A stretch of DNA of 64,000 nucleotides from Antedon mediterranea. Its lineage: Eukaryota; Animalia; Echinodermata. Positions 24,166 through 37,686 of this stretch are shown here, piece by piece; position 1 is the first letter of the stretch; each line of letters opens with the position of its first letter. Position numbers and translations under genes: made by a program. The notes beneath the pieces were generated by a model. The model saw only the letters and a list, made by a program, of their open reading frames with translations, ran no database searches and was not told the DNA's origin. The stretch covers positions 18,175,045-18,239,044 of the forward strand of contig NC_092680.1 in the NCBI RefSeq assembly GCF_964355755.1. The letters are read 5' to 3'.

Positions 24166-27100
24166 TTAAGAATGGAAAACCATCGAACAGTGCTATAATT
24201 AAATTATATAGTTAAATACAATCCAGGGCTAGACCAACCGCAGTACAGTTGTTACTACTAGGCTTATCATGTTGTCGAAGCGTGTTAAAAACTGTTGTAC
24301 CAGGACAAAAATGATCTTAAAGTCAGTACTGTATTAAACATGACACCTGTTTGAAAATCTTGGGTTAGAATCCGTTAATTTTGTCACGTATAGTCCCTTT
24401 AAGCAGGTTCCACCTGTTAACAATTTCAATTGGTCTTGTTATCGAATATAAAGTATTGAATCAGACACTTGACGTGTGCGGCGTGGTTTTAATTTAATTG
24501 TCAATTTATTGGTAATTTGTAATTTCGTCTTCGTTGAGAACCCAACTTCATAACCCTATTGACCCCGGAACTTTGATTTAAAACCACAAACCGAGGGATG
24601 CTGCTGTTCTTTTTTGCACTATATACAACTATGCAGACTTTTTTTTTAATGTGAGCTTTTTTTGACACGGTGTCATGGGCCTACTTTTGTTTAAAAGACG
24701 CAGTGTCATGGACCTATTTTGTTTATAGACTGTGTGCGCACCCATGATGTCACGTTACGTCATGCGCATCTAGTTGTAATAGTAGGCCTAATTATTTCAA
24801 TATTATTACTGATTAAATTAAACGTCCTAATCCTTCTTTCTATCGTAAAACTAATAATGCTATTTTGGAGTGGGAAAATATTTATGCCGGTGGTGAGAGG
24901 GGGCTGATGGTGTGAAAGTTCATCAGCTAATAATAATAATATGCGACTGCGTTTGACGCACGTGTAAAGTATATTATAACGCAAACGCGACCAAAATTAC
25001 TGTTCAAAAATCACGTATGTTAGGCTGGACGATAGCAAAGAAGTAGGTTGGGAAAGGAAGTGTTGCAAATAATACAGTATTTTTTATTGGTTTGTGTAAC
25101 AACTTTGCACAAGTTTCTCGCATTTTAATTGTTTAACTCAATCGTAAATTATAAAATATTAGGCCTATATAAATCTCAACAAAATTATGTATAAATAGAC
25201 TTTATTTGTTGTACCATAATTGAAACTTATCTGATAGTGTAATATATATTGAGAGTGTTTACCTCCCGTATCAGGCTACTATACGATAGCCCCATTTCTT
25301 GAAAGCGCGTTTTTGCCGTGCCTAACCAAATTTCAGGCACTTTTGTCGCATTTGTGTGACGAATAAGGACGGTACTGGATTACCTTATCGGAATACTAAT
25401 TGGACATGGACAAGAGGTAAAGAACAATGAACGACCAAGTTGAGGTGAATGGCCTTCTGGTCGATATAGGGCCGTAAGTGAGAAGTAACGTAACGGATAT
25501 CTAAAAAGTACAACTATTTATTATAGCGTCAACAAGCAAGAAATGCGATAAGATTATATAGGCCTACTATAATAATAACAAGTATTGAAGCCGTATCCAA
25601 GACTTTTGTGCACTTAAAGCAACTTAGTCTCTACTAATAGTTCAATAGAAATAGAACTTTAAAAAGTACAGTGACCCTGTGCGCATAATATTAAATGACT
25701 CTTAACATAAATAATACAATAATCATCGTATAATTCCCTCAATGAAATGTTATCATTCCATAGGCCTACATACTCGTACAGTTTAACGACTGTAGCAATG
25801 TACTCTTCTAATTATATATTTATTTATTGGTTCTCCATGGTTGACACCGTTTAGCACAATTTAAAATTCCCAGACTCGAACAACACATTGTTGATATTAT
25901 CATATGGGTTCCCGCCAGGCCTGGTCGCTGATCTTTTGCCCGAGGAAACGCAGTCACAGAGAGTACTCTGCCCCTTTTGTGTACTTTTCGCTTGCGTAGG
26001 TCAGTGAATCGCGACGACTTGGCCAATTGGTACAGCGTCAGAAAAAGAATGAACCCAACACGTACTCGGAAATCAGTTGATTTAATTGCAAACGATTGAC
26101 TACATTTATAGTTCTCTTAAAAACATTAAATATGGAATGATAAACTTAAAGAAGAGCAGTTAAATTATTAAATTTTAACTACATCCCATATTGAGGTTTA
26201 TCGTCACCGTTTGGAATCACCATATTCCGGTTTTGATTATTGTATTAAACTGTGATAAATATTCAAATCATTACCGAGAAATATAATATCAAAGAGTTTT
26301 CGCGCTTCCATATTCATATATAATTTTGTATTATTATTTTAATGGAAATAAAAATGTTTGACAAATTAACAAAACCCCATTAAAAATAGTGGAAAACATC
26401 GGGACCTAATACAATGGATTACGCCTTGTTCCATTCATGAAAGTAGGTACTCAGTCCAGGGTGTCTCAAAGGGATTCAAATGCATTTATTTTGGGTGTTT
26501 CAGCTTGACTTATTAGGCCTACGTCTTCGGTCAACACAATTGTCATGATCATCTTGACACCGTTACGAAACGGATTCAAAGATACGGCCGCCGCGCGCGT
26601 CAAAAGTTGTGTCGGTTTTTCTCCGGCGACCCTTTCTATAAGCATAAACAATATTAAAACAAATATGAACTCCGCAACCTTTCGATTAAGTACATTTACC
26701 CTGTCATAGATACTCAACCTAGGCTTTATCATACAGCCCTTTAGTTTACTTCCACCTCACTCACCCAAATGCATTTCAAACTGAACGGAACGATTAACCA
26801 CGCCTCCCCACCAAATCATATCGTTTAAAAAAACTCTTAAAACGGCTATTTAATTGAATAGGACAATTACACCATACTTAATGAAATAAATAAGAATCGC
26901 CCTAACTGAAAAGTAGATAACCAATTCTGACAGAGTTATCCAGATTGTTAAATTAATAACTCATGGTTTATTCTCCGGTATGGTTTGCGTATAGTAAAGT
27001 ACAAGTTTATAGTAAGTAAGGGGTGAACAGCCTCAAATCAAAATGATGCCAAGATTTTAAAAAGAATACATATTTTTCCTATAGCATGTAATGTTATCTC

Positions 27101-28074
27101 GAAATGTTCGTCTTCCACACGATACTAAAATACTGTAGACCGCTATCGGGACTTAACAAGGTATAAAGCGTCCCCCCCCCCCCCCCCATAATGTGTCATT
27201 AGTCGTTTCAGTTTTACGAAAAATGCACTTTAAAAAAGAAGAAGTGGTGGGGAGGGAGTATATGCCTGCATATGTACAGTAGGCCTATAATCAATATTGT
27301 CGGTGATGGAAATTTAATATGACAATATAGTTGAATTGAAATGAAGTCTTTACAGAAAGACAACATTGCAAGAGTAATCCAATAAAATCTTTTATTTCTT
27401 CTTATTTTCTTTATGTTTAACATTATGTTACGTTATGTTAATTTTTTTTTTCAATATAAAATTTATATTTAAATGTTTCTTTTGTACATTACCGTATGTT
27501 TCATAATTGTTTATCTTTAGGCCTATCTATAAAATTAATTTATATTACACTAAAAGGTAGGCCTACGAAAAAGGAACGGCACTGCTGAATTAAACTCTAA
27601 ACTAAAGTACAGATACAGGAGATAGACTGACTAACTGAAGAAATACACAGTTATATTCAGTGTCACATGAGTATAAAAAGCTATACACCCAACATGAAAT
27701 TGGTTCTTCGTACCAATAAGAATCTCCGTATCAATAGCATAAACCGCAGTAACACGGCGGTGTTAACGGTTAGTGACCCTAAACAACTTGCACACTTCAC
27801 CCTGGGGCTATATACACTTCGAAGAGGTAAAGCAGAGGTGATTCACAAGAGTTTACATTGGTTCCACCAAATCACACAACATTGGTAAACCTGTGCTGAT
27901 GTGACAATATTGCGGTTGAAACAAGGTGCAACATGATTTGTGACTCCTATTCAGACGTATAATTTACCTTAACTAGGGCATAAAAACAACTGCATGACGG
28001 GTCTATAACAAACATAAAACAGAAATAACATTGACACCTCTCACATAACAAATGTCACATTTGTTTCTTTCTTA

Positions 28075-28195
28075 AACTCTGTCTACACTATCAAACTAGT
28101 TTTACAACAAAAGTGTGATGTGGCCAAATATGGTAGTGATATTCCCAAATATAATAGTAGTGACATGTCCATATGGGCCTATTACATTTTTTTAA
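28075..28195. mobile_element. MITE family A (partial)
   Basis: ctctgtctacactatcaaactagttt...ccaaatatggtagtgat. Confidence 0.75.
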
Positions 28196-29654
28196 AGAGG
28201 AACATGTTTTGGGGATTTTTATCCCCCATTTAATTCCCAGCAACTTGGCATTTAGTACCGCTTAATTTTTGCGAATCAGCTGATCTAGGATCACGGCCAT
28301 TATGAAGCCATGCCTAAAATATCGTTGTTTTCACTCAGGAAATAAAATGCGTCAAACCGGAAATAAAACGAGTCAAACCGGAAATAAAACGCGTCAAACC
28401 AAAATTAAAACTGTATGCAAGATGATGATAAAGTGTGATTCGACGAACAATGATTGACAACGATGGTAATTTTTATAGATCAATCAAAGTCATACTTCAA
28501 CAAATAAAAAAGCAATATAAAATTCATTTTGAAGACACTTTTAGTGATACTGTGACAGGCGGATATTTATACTAATGAATTGTAGGTTTATTGTTGACGG
28601 ACTGGTGCAATCTTATGACAAGCCTAAAACTGTAATTATACTATAATGTCACCGACCTTATAGTCAGTATAATAATATTTTGTTATATTTTTATTTATTA
28701 TTATTTAATCTACGAAAAGTCCGTAATCTCTAAATCATTCAAATGTTGCATTTATATTTAAATTTATACGAGTGCTCTAAGCAATAATTTACGAACTAAT
28801 TGGTTCAGAAAAGAGTTGAGTTTTAAAAATTATTTGAATTATTATTAATAAAAGAGCACACTCGTCAGTAAATTGATATTTAGGGGTCAATTACTATATA
28901 TAGCATGCACGGTATACATTGTTAATTTACTGACCGGTACAATGCTATGTGATAATAACTGAAGTAAAAAAAAATTATAATTTTTACACAATCTTTATTA
29001 ATTTAATATTTAAAATTTTAAACAATATCCTATAATTTTATTCTTTTGTTTTTAGAGTTGCATGTTTTTAACAAAAGTAAGGAAGTTGACACAATATCCG
29101 ATTAGAAAAACATTTTTCTAATTAAAAGGGGATGTGTAATATTTTTATTATGAACAAATTACAGATTAGAGTGTACGCGCGCCTAAAATAGTAACATAGC
29201 TCATGCAACTAAATAAATACGAAGTAATAGCAAAGCCTATAGGCTAGGAAACACTTTAAAAAAAATTGTGAAACTCCCTAAAAAATAACCAATTATTAGT
29301 ATACAATATCTATATCCAGGATTACACAAACCGGGAAAAGAAAAATTTATTTTACAGCTGTGGTCCTGCCTTAAATACAAAATAAATTGGAAAAAAAAAG
29401 TTCAACGAGTGCACTAAACAAAAATTTAAACGTATTGGTTCAGAAAAGCAATGACTTTTAAAAATTGTTTTAATTCGTATTAATAATATAAATGATAATG
29501 TGCCTATACTGATTCGTATAACAATGTTTTTTAAGATTTTAAAATATGAACATTTTTAATAGCCTCTTCTTTTATTTAATTGAATAAATAAAATTGAAAT
29601 AAAAATAATTGGAAATATATCCAACAACTGAATCAATTATTATCAAATTAATAT

Positions 29655-29980
29655 TACTAAACTAAAAAAAAGCGTCTTAAAATGAAAATTGAATTTATTT
29701 TAAACGTTTAGAGAAGTGTTATGTTACTAAACTAAAGAAAAGTCTTAAAATGAAAATTGAATTTATTTTAAACGTTTAGAGAAGTGTTAGGTATGTAACT
29801 AAACTAAAAAAAAAGCGTCTTAAAATTAAAATTATTTAAACATTTAGAGAAGTGTTATGTTACTAAACTAAATAAAAGCGTCTTAAATTGAAAATTGAAT
29901 TTATTTTAAACATTTATAGAAGTTGTATGCTACTAAACTAAAAAAAAACGTCTTAAAATAAAAAATAAATTTATTTTAGA
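29655..29980. repeat. ~70-bp minisatellite, about 4.5 copies
   Basis: Unit tactaaactaaaaaaaagcgtcttaaaatgaaaattgaatttattttaaacgtttagagaagtgttatgt. Confidence 0.92.
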
Positions 29981-30127
29981 GCGGTTCAAACCATGGCCTC
30001 CAAGGTCATTTTATGTTCGATATATATATAGTATACGTACACCTACAAATTTGTCATTATTTATTAATGTGTAATGATTTAAGTAATGTTTATATATGTT
30101 CACGCTTGTTTGGATGTTCCACTCTAA

Positions 30128-30306
30128 AGCGTGGTTCCCACTAGCGACGCAACGCAAGGACGTAACGCAACGCAAGTGAATTGACCAATCACAAGCGATG
30201 GCTTATTCGCTTGTGATTGCTAACTGTCTATAACTTCGCTTGTCATTGGTTAAAACGCTTGCGTTGCGTTTACGTCCTTGCGTTACGTTCTAGTGGGAAC
30301 CAAGCT
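30128..30306. mobile_element. MITE family B (long hairpin, TIR AGC(G/T)TGGTTCCCACTAG)
   Basis: Near-perfect foldback with GCAACGCAAG and GACCAATCA arms; relatives at ~19305-19420, 34380, 34710-34840, 58501-58832, 59170-59320, 59408-59562, 60073-60280. Confidence 0.85.
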
Positions 30307-32500
30307 TTACTCTCATACGTCACACGTCCTGGGTTCACAGACAAGTTGATTTCTGTAGTTGCATAATTTAAAGCGTCGCTCGACACGTTTTTCAACAATG
30401 GTCATCTTTTTTTATGAACTAAATCTTATGGAAGGAAGTGGATTTGGCATTCGTAAAAAAGAAAATCACAACCATCTTGTATTGATATTTTCAACTGCCA
30501 AATAAAATATCTTTGGTTTACTTTCATTTAAAAAGAAAAGGATTCAATTAAACAGAAAGCTGTTTTTTAATTCAAAAATAGAAAATTGCAGTAATAAACT
30601 TGGAATATATCCAATACCGAAGCACTTGGTTTATCGGTATGTTTAACAACATAATTCAATTCAATTCAATTCACTTTTATTTCAGAACAAAGTCCATATC
30701 ATAACAAATAACAATATTCAATAAATAATATTTCATTTCATTTTATTCATGGTCAAACACAGTATAAACTAATAGTACATGGTTTGAAATTATTTTCGTT
30801 TGTTTAAAGTTAAAGGTTCAAATAAAAATTTGTAAAATACAGAAAAAATACGTCGTTCAAAATAAAAAATACAAGCAAGATTGGTGCATGGAGGTATGAA
30901 ATTATAGAATTTATATGATTGGTGTGTGTAAGCGTATAGCATAAATCTAAATAGTATATTATACTCATTAAGATACTATTATTGATTAGTTCATTAGTTC
31001 GGTGTACTTTATTAATTACGTTTAAGTACAGTAATGCAACATGTCACTAATATGACCATAAACACGCATGTACTTAATACTAATACTTTTTACAGTAGCC
31101 TGTAATATACGTGATTTTTATTGCTTAAATATTAAAGCCTTTTTTAAATGCCTTTTAACGTTTTAGAATTCTGTCATTTTATGCTTTGTCTCTTTATTAT
31201 TTGAGTGTAAATCTTGAATCACTAAACGATATTTCTTCTTCCATACCCTATAAACGGTACCATATTTAGAATTTTTGTTGGTCTTCATGTAGTTTTAGCT
31301 CATTCCCATTGATTAAACGAATGAATTTATAGTACTAATGAGAGATATATATATATATATATATATATACATTTATTTACTTTAATTAAGTGTAATTCCG
31401 TAATCACTGTTTGTTATCATGTATATTTTAATACATATTAAAATACGTTGTCTGTTTAGATGTGACTTAGCTTAACGTTGTAGCAGTCCTACTGATGTGA
31501 ATATAACATTCATTGCTGAAATTACGATTTAAAATAATATCTTAATAATATATTCGAATTTAGCTTAAACAAGACCCTACCCTACGTTGAATATCGTTGA
31601 CAATCGGTAACTAAATACCGGAACATTATTTTGCATTAAATGTAGCAACATTTGCCAATATACATATATAATAATATATACAGTGAAAACTCTAATAAAC
31701 TAATGTGTTTTAACATACGGTTATAGTTAGTAGGTAAATGGTAGTCGCGAGCATAAGGGCAGTACCCTCTTTTACATTACATATTATATATTACATATAG
31801 GCCTACATTGGAACTGTTGCCAATTATGTTACATATCCAGCGAAAGAGCGAAACTCCAAAAAAACAATGTGTTTTAACATACCGTTGTTATAGTAGTGAT
31901 TTAAATGAATGTCTATGATGGTACGCGCGAGAATAAGGGCAGTGCCCTCATTTGTATTGCTGTTATGAATCGAACCGGTGGTTGACAGAATGAAAGGGCT
32001 ACAAATACATAGAGAAATGCAATATAGATTCCACATGACATAAATAGGTACGAAATATCACGAGGGCGATAAGGTCCCTTTCTCCTCAAGTGGAATTACT
32101 CTAGGCCAGATAGATGAGTGGCGGTGTGCGTAATCGAAACAGTATAGTAGGGGTAAGCATGTACCGGACGCGATATTTCTGTTCGTAAATCTGCATCATG
32201 GTGGTCAGGTACGAGATGGTTGAGGGTGATAGAAAGAACAGTACCCCGCGGTGTCTGGGGAACACAATGCCGTTCCCAGGTGTTTCTAGTTGCAAATCAT
32301 TTTTCTTAGATTTAAATACAGTATGTTTTTAAATTACCATTAGGCCTATGCCTACTAAATTACAAAATAAAACAACTAAAATTAATATTACTACCGTATT
32401 ACGTACTTCAATTGCAAAAAACGTGATAGACTATTGCTGTAAGTACATGTAAGGGTTTTAGTAATAAACACGATCGAATTGTAAAAAGAAAACAACATAC

Positions 32501-33178
32501 CTTTAAAAATGGCATAACATCTACAGGATCACCTGGTTGTAAAACAGTTGTGAATTTGTTATTCAAATCTTCGATCTCTAAAAATTCAGGATCGTCTATT
32601 GAGTAAGTTCGACTGTAAGTCATATCGCAAATTACATTCAATATTGTTAGATTTAAGGCTCGACTTATATCGCATATTCTGTTCACCTGACTCGATAAAT
32701 TATCAACAAGGTGTTGCACTTCAGTTTGTATTTTCAACTCCACTGCTGGGCAATTCTTTCCGCAGATATTACGGCGAATCGCCGTCGCCGCCAATTTACG
32801 ATGGAAGTGCCACACCGGAGAAAAATCTTCGCTAAATGCAATGCCGCTGTTATTTCTGGATAGTAGTGTTGCAGTATACATACGAGGGCGACCTGCGAAT
32901 TCCTTGCCCTGGTATAATAGAGCCTGTCTGATTGTGTCGGCATCGTGTAGAACAACAGCTAACCCTGGGCCTAGCTTTAAAGAAAATAGGTTTCCGTATT
33001 TATCACCGATTTTTTTCAGGATACGAAACGGAGGCCCTCCCTGCATGAACACTGCAATGTTGCCGAGTATTGGAATGGATGGAGGAGACGGAGGAATGTT
33101 GTAGCCGGATTTCTTTTTCTCAATTAAGGTTCGACCTAACCATATACACACCAGAAAAAGGAATATCTCAATAAACAT
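32501..33178 (-). CDS. Cytochrome P450 (clan 2; CYP17/CYP1/CYP21-like), exon 1
   Basis: N-terminal TM anchor, PPSPPSIPILGN hinge, FAGRP, WxxxR (WHFHR); 226 codons; gtatgt donor, phase 0. Confidence 0.95.
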
Positions 33179-33579
33179 CGTTATTCGTCTGTGTATAGTG
33201 AAGCGCCAAACTTCACCTCAGTAAAAGACAAGTGGTCGGCATAAAAAAAAATCAGTTTTTCGCGTTGCTAATCGATCGGTTAAGTTGGCTAAATTGTTTG
33301 CTATGCTCTGTACTTAACACACACATTTGCACTTATCAGAGAAAGTCGTTACTGCATTGTAAACAGCGTTTAACAATCAAGTAAAAATCATCGACCGTTG
33401 TCCACATTATATAGGCTAGTCTCTTTCCATGCCAACAGAACCGATGAGGGAAGAATTTTCTCAATGGAGAGAAATCAAGGCGGTCCTTAGATCGCCAGCA
33501 AAAAATAGCCCCATCAAAACAAAAGGAGATAATATACCGTGTTAACAGTAATCCATAAACCAGCCAATACCTGACTAAA

Positions 33580-34050
33580 TACTTTTGGGCACGTGACCAA
33601 TTAGGAGCCATACGACTGATAGAGCGTGACGTGTGCAAAACAGTCGAGGGCTGAATCGAAAAAGTACAGTGACCCTATGATTCTACAACATACAGTGTCG
33701 TGCTCGGATTGCTAGCACCATTCCACTGGGGGTTGATATAATATCCGGCCAAAAGCATAGGGAAAGAGCTTGGCAAGAAACTGACAAATCTTGTCGCAAA
33801 AAAGTACAATTCGCAACAATTACAAGTTCAAAACTCTGTTTTCATGTTTGACGTCTAAGTTTTAATTTAGTTTCAATGCGTTGCCGCTGACTCACGCGAA
33901 TAGTAAAAACTCTATTTCCTTTTATCTTTTTAGAATATAATATCGAATATGTAAAACAATGACAATGACATCAGGTCTAAATGCAGCGAATAAAGATGAA
34001 ATAAAATAAATTATAGTCAATTCTTAAAATTAATTCACTCACGCTAGTTA
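33580..34050 (-). promoter_or_regulatory. Putative P450 upstream regulatory motifs (E-box, CCAAT, XRE-like, ARE/AP-1-like)
   Basis: CACGTGACCAAT at 33590; overlapping TCGCGTG and TGAGTCAGC at 33886-33899; TAGCGTG at ~34039-34045; motif matches only. Confidence 0.35.
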
Positions 34051-34285
34051 TTTTAAATAATTAAATACAACATTAATAAATAGTGTAGTCTACATGCATA
34101 AATATACCATGTTTTTTTAAAATGATAAATTAACGATATAAATTTGAAATTTCGAATTTAAATATTAGTAACACGACTAAACGTAAGAAGAGACGCTGTG
34201 TACGGTTAAATATGCAAATTAATTTTTATTCGTTTCTTCTTAATCATCAGTGGCATACGTGCGAATAGACACTAAGAGTCAGCCA

Positions 34286-34379
34286 TAGTTATTTACCCGG
34301 GCGAGTAGATTTGGTTAGCAACCCACCAAATTTACCTATAACTGAGCATCTAAACCTTACTTTCCCGGGTAAATAACTA
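34286..34379. repeat. Small foldback / MITE remnant
   Basis: 16-bp inverted ends tagttatttacccggg...cccgggtaaataacta. Confidence 0.65.
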
Positions 34380-36700
34380 AGCCTTAGTTCCCACTAGTGA
34401 GGATGCAATGCAATGACGAAAACGTAATTTGATCAAGGTACGACGCGCGCGATGCATCAAACTTAAGTTTACGCACTCGTAACAGCTGTAATAATAATCA
34501 GCGCGAGCACGCGCAATTAATGTGTGTCAATTTGGGGTGTAACTAGCAAAATATCGATACGACGATTACGCCATCATACACAAATGTTTTCAATTTATAC
34601 TGTTTTCATTATTGGATAAAATGATAATCATTTATATTACTCACACAATTGGTCTATTACATTTAAAATAACGCGTAATGAAATGATAATAGTAACATGT
34701 GTATATCCAGCTTAGTTCTCACTAGGACGCACGTAACGCAATGACGTACGCGCAACGCAAGTCGTTTGACCGATAGATATTCAAACTATCACTTGTTCGT
34801 CAACAACTTGCGTTACGTACGTCCTGGGAACCAATCTTGAAGGACTCTCTGTGGCTGGAAAAAACGTAGTAAAAGATTTTAAGGAAGGACAAAAGTGACG
34901 TCTCAATATTAATACCAAGAAAACCCACTCAATAAACGGTAATAACCAACACGATACAGTACAGTTATAAGAATCATATAATTCTTAAAAATTGTCACTT
35001 AAAATATGCGAAATACAATTACAACTAGGCCTATATTATTTATCTTTTTTTTTATTTCCTGCTCTCACGAATACAATAGTTTTAGTCACTGATCATGATA
35101 TGCATAAAGTTACCTTTTATATTTCTTATCTATTATATTATGAGCACTCAAACCGCGAAAATAAAAGGGCGCGAAATAGTTGGCAATGTAAAATCACGAA
35201 CATTTAGGGCCCCGAAAATGTTAGGCTTTACAGTATACTAATTAAACGAATGTCAATGTCTTTTAAATTAATAGAATAGTCTTTCAACGAGTGGACGATT
35301 CATCGTCTAAAAATCTAGGCCTAATTATAGTAATTACTAACTTTCTTGCAGGTGCTTTACCATCAATCCATCGTCTATACTGACGGTGACGAATTATGAC
35401 TACACCTAGAAAAACTCACCACACTTTGACGAAACCATTGAGCCTGTGCGTCTCGATAGCTTCCTTTTATTAAAATTGAAGATAATACGCGCGCAAACTT
35501 TTCTAATAGTTCCAATGAGCTCCGAAGATCAAAGGGTTTATCTGTGGCTGCGACACGAGCAGTTCCACTCCCGTTAAGAGACATCGCCAGGAATATGCAC
35601 ATAGTAGTAGTGCTGGTAGTTGTCGCAGTCGGACGTAAGATCAAAGGAATTCTTATCTTGAAAAGGCGAGCTCAGTGTCCTGTTGTTAGATTGCCTTGCT
35701 AGGATACTTCTGAACAGATTACGCAACTAAACCTATCTAATCCTAAGTTGTCCTAAGAGGTCTTGGGGTATGTCCTTCTGGGCATTCGGAGTCAATGTTT
35801 ATGAGAAGATTGCCATGTTATGTGATTGCTGATTTTCTGAGTTAGATCAGGGATGTTTATACTATTTAGTATACTTGGTTTGTAAGGTGCGTGGCAACCA
35901 ATATTCTTTAGACCTTGTTTGAAATCTTTTCAGAAATATCATGGCAATATGTAATTAAGTCTCAATGACTTTGTATAAGAACATCTCGTGTGCGTTTGCA
36001 GTGTGAATGAATTTAGCATCAGTCAACTAATCGTTGGACGTATTTATCTCTTGTCGGTTGAATTTAATAAATATAACAAAAATATACTACGAAATATGTT
36101 GGCAGTTCAACTTTCAAAATACCTCACATTCAACAATGTTTCTTCAGTCAATATGTTACACATTGAATAACGCTAGCTAGCCCCGTAACTAAAGTACACG
36201 AACCCAGTGCGCACTTCACTCATGACGCTAGGTCTATATTAATAAACAGCTTATACTTGGCCTCAAACAAGTCATTGCACTAAAGAGTCAACTGACCTCG
36301 TTATATTTACAAAAGAAGATTATGGTTTGCCGTTTATCTAACGCAAACACATCTTAAGAATCATTCGGCCTAAATACACTTTTTAGAATCATAGATGATA
36401 AGATTTATGGCACACAACAAAATTATTGATAAACCATTCAAAAATAAACTAAAGGACCTGCAACACAAAGAATGCATTTTGTCTGATGACATTAAAGTCC
36501 CTGTAAAGATAATTTGTGTCGGGTACGTCATCAGCATGTATTTTGTACTTTTACGATATTGATTTCTACTTAATATTACGTAACACTTTATCCCCTCTTT
36601 TAATCGATTAAAAATTAAAATCGAATTCCACGAGAACGCTGGATTTAGACCCTTTCCTCAGAATAAAATGCGACAATTTTTTAAGCCAACGTGTAGCCTA

Positions 36701-36850
36701 TACTGTAAAGCCCAACATTTTCGCGGCCCTAAATTTTCGCGATTTTACATTTTCGCGACCTTTTATTTTCGTGATTTGAGTTTTTTGTCGTCTTCTACAA
36801 TTTTGCGACGAGCCAAATTGACGAATGTATTTCGGCTCCGCGATGAACGT
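36701..36850. mobile_element. End of a TA-flanked DNA-transposon MITE; opposite end of another copy at 35150-35235
   Basis: ta|ctgtaaagcccaacattttcgcggccctaaa is the inverse of tttagggccccgaaaatgttaggctttacag|ta. Confidence 0.6.
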
Positions 36851-37314
36851 AAAACAATTGAATAGTATTTGAAGTCTTGTATAATTTTTTTTCAACACTT
36901 GTGACGTCATCATAATAGTCACCCTAATTTTGTTATCTTTTTTCGTCGTTTGTTTGAGGGCACATATGTCCATATAATATTGTATTTGCTCGTATTTGCT
37001 TGCAATGTATAATATACGTAATTTACGATTTCTCTCATTGGCAGGAAGAAGCAATACCATACCTCCATGGCAGTACTAATACACATTTGCACTATTTCTA
37101 ACGTCATTAGCAACTCTAGTGTTTATAATTGTCGTCCATAATCCACTCACTTATAAACAATATTGATATTTCTGTTTACAATAAGCTGTTATCAAACCAT
37201 TAAACTGCATGATTTATTGATGAGTTTAAGTATGGAAGACCCTATTCTTCATAATGATATAAAATAATTGTAATTATTATATTCATATCAAACTTCATTC
37301 TTAAATCGAACTTA

Positions 37315-37686
37315 AGCTCAGTCTTATTTTTCCATGGTCTATCAAAGTTTATGCGACAACAAAATTAAAAAATGTGATATGCCCATGGACATGATGACGT
37401 CATATCAGTACTATATTCGGGCATATTGCTACCATATTTGGGCATATTGCTACCATATTCGGGCATATTGCTACCATATTTGGGCACATTGCTACCATAT
37501 TCGGGCATATTGCTACCATATTTGGGCATATTGCTACCATATTCGGGCATATTGCTACCATATTTGGGCACATTGCTACCATATTCGGGCATATTGCTAC
37601 CATATTTGGGCATATTGCTACCATATTTGGGCATATTGCTACCATATTTGGGCACATCACACTAGTTTTATAGTGTAGACAGAGCT
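37315..37686. mobile_element. MITE family A with internally expanded 21-bp minisatellite (~12 units)
   Basis: TTA flanks on both sides; unit GGGCATATTGCTACCATATT(T/C) at ~37410-37655. Confidence 0.9.

Noticed and set aside
32599-33104. Plus-strand and alternative-frame ORFs over P450 exon 1
   Set aside because: Shadow ORFs of a real coding exon
35350-35950. Possible exon (ttcttgcag acceptor) or 89-aa minus-strand ORF
   Set aside because: No recognisable domain, plus frames close quickly, and no partner exons were found; a lncRNA exon cannot be excluded
37334-37678. Repetitive-protein ORFs and CRISPR-like appearance
   Set aside because: Head-to-tail 21-bp units with no spacers inside a MITE; eukaryotic context and no cas genes
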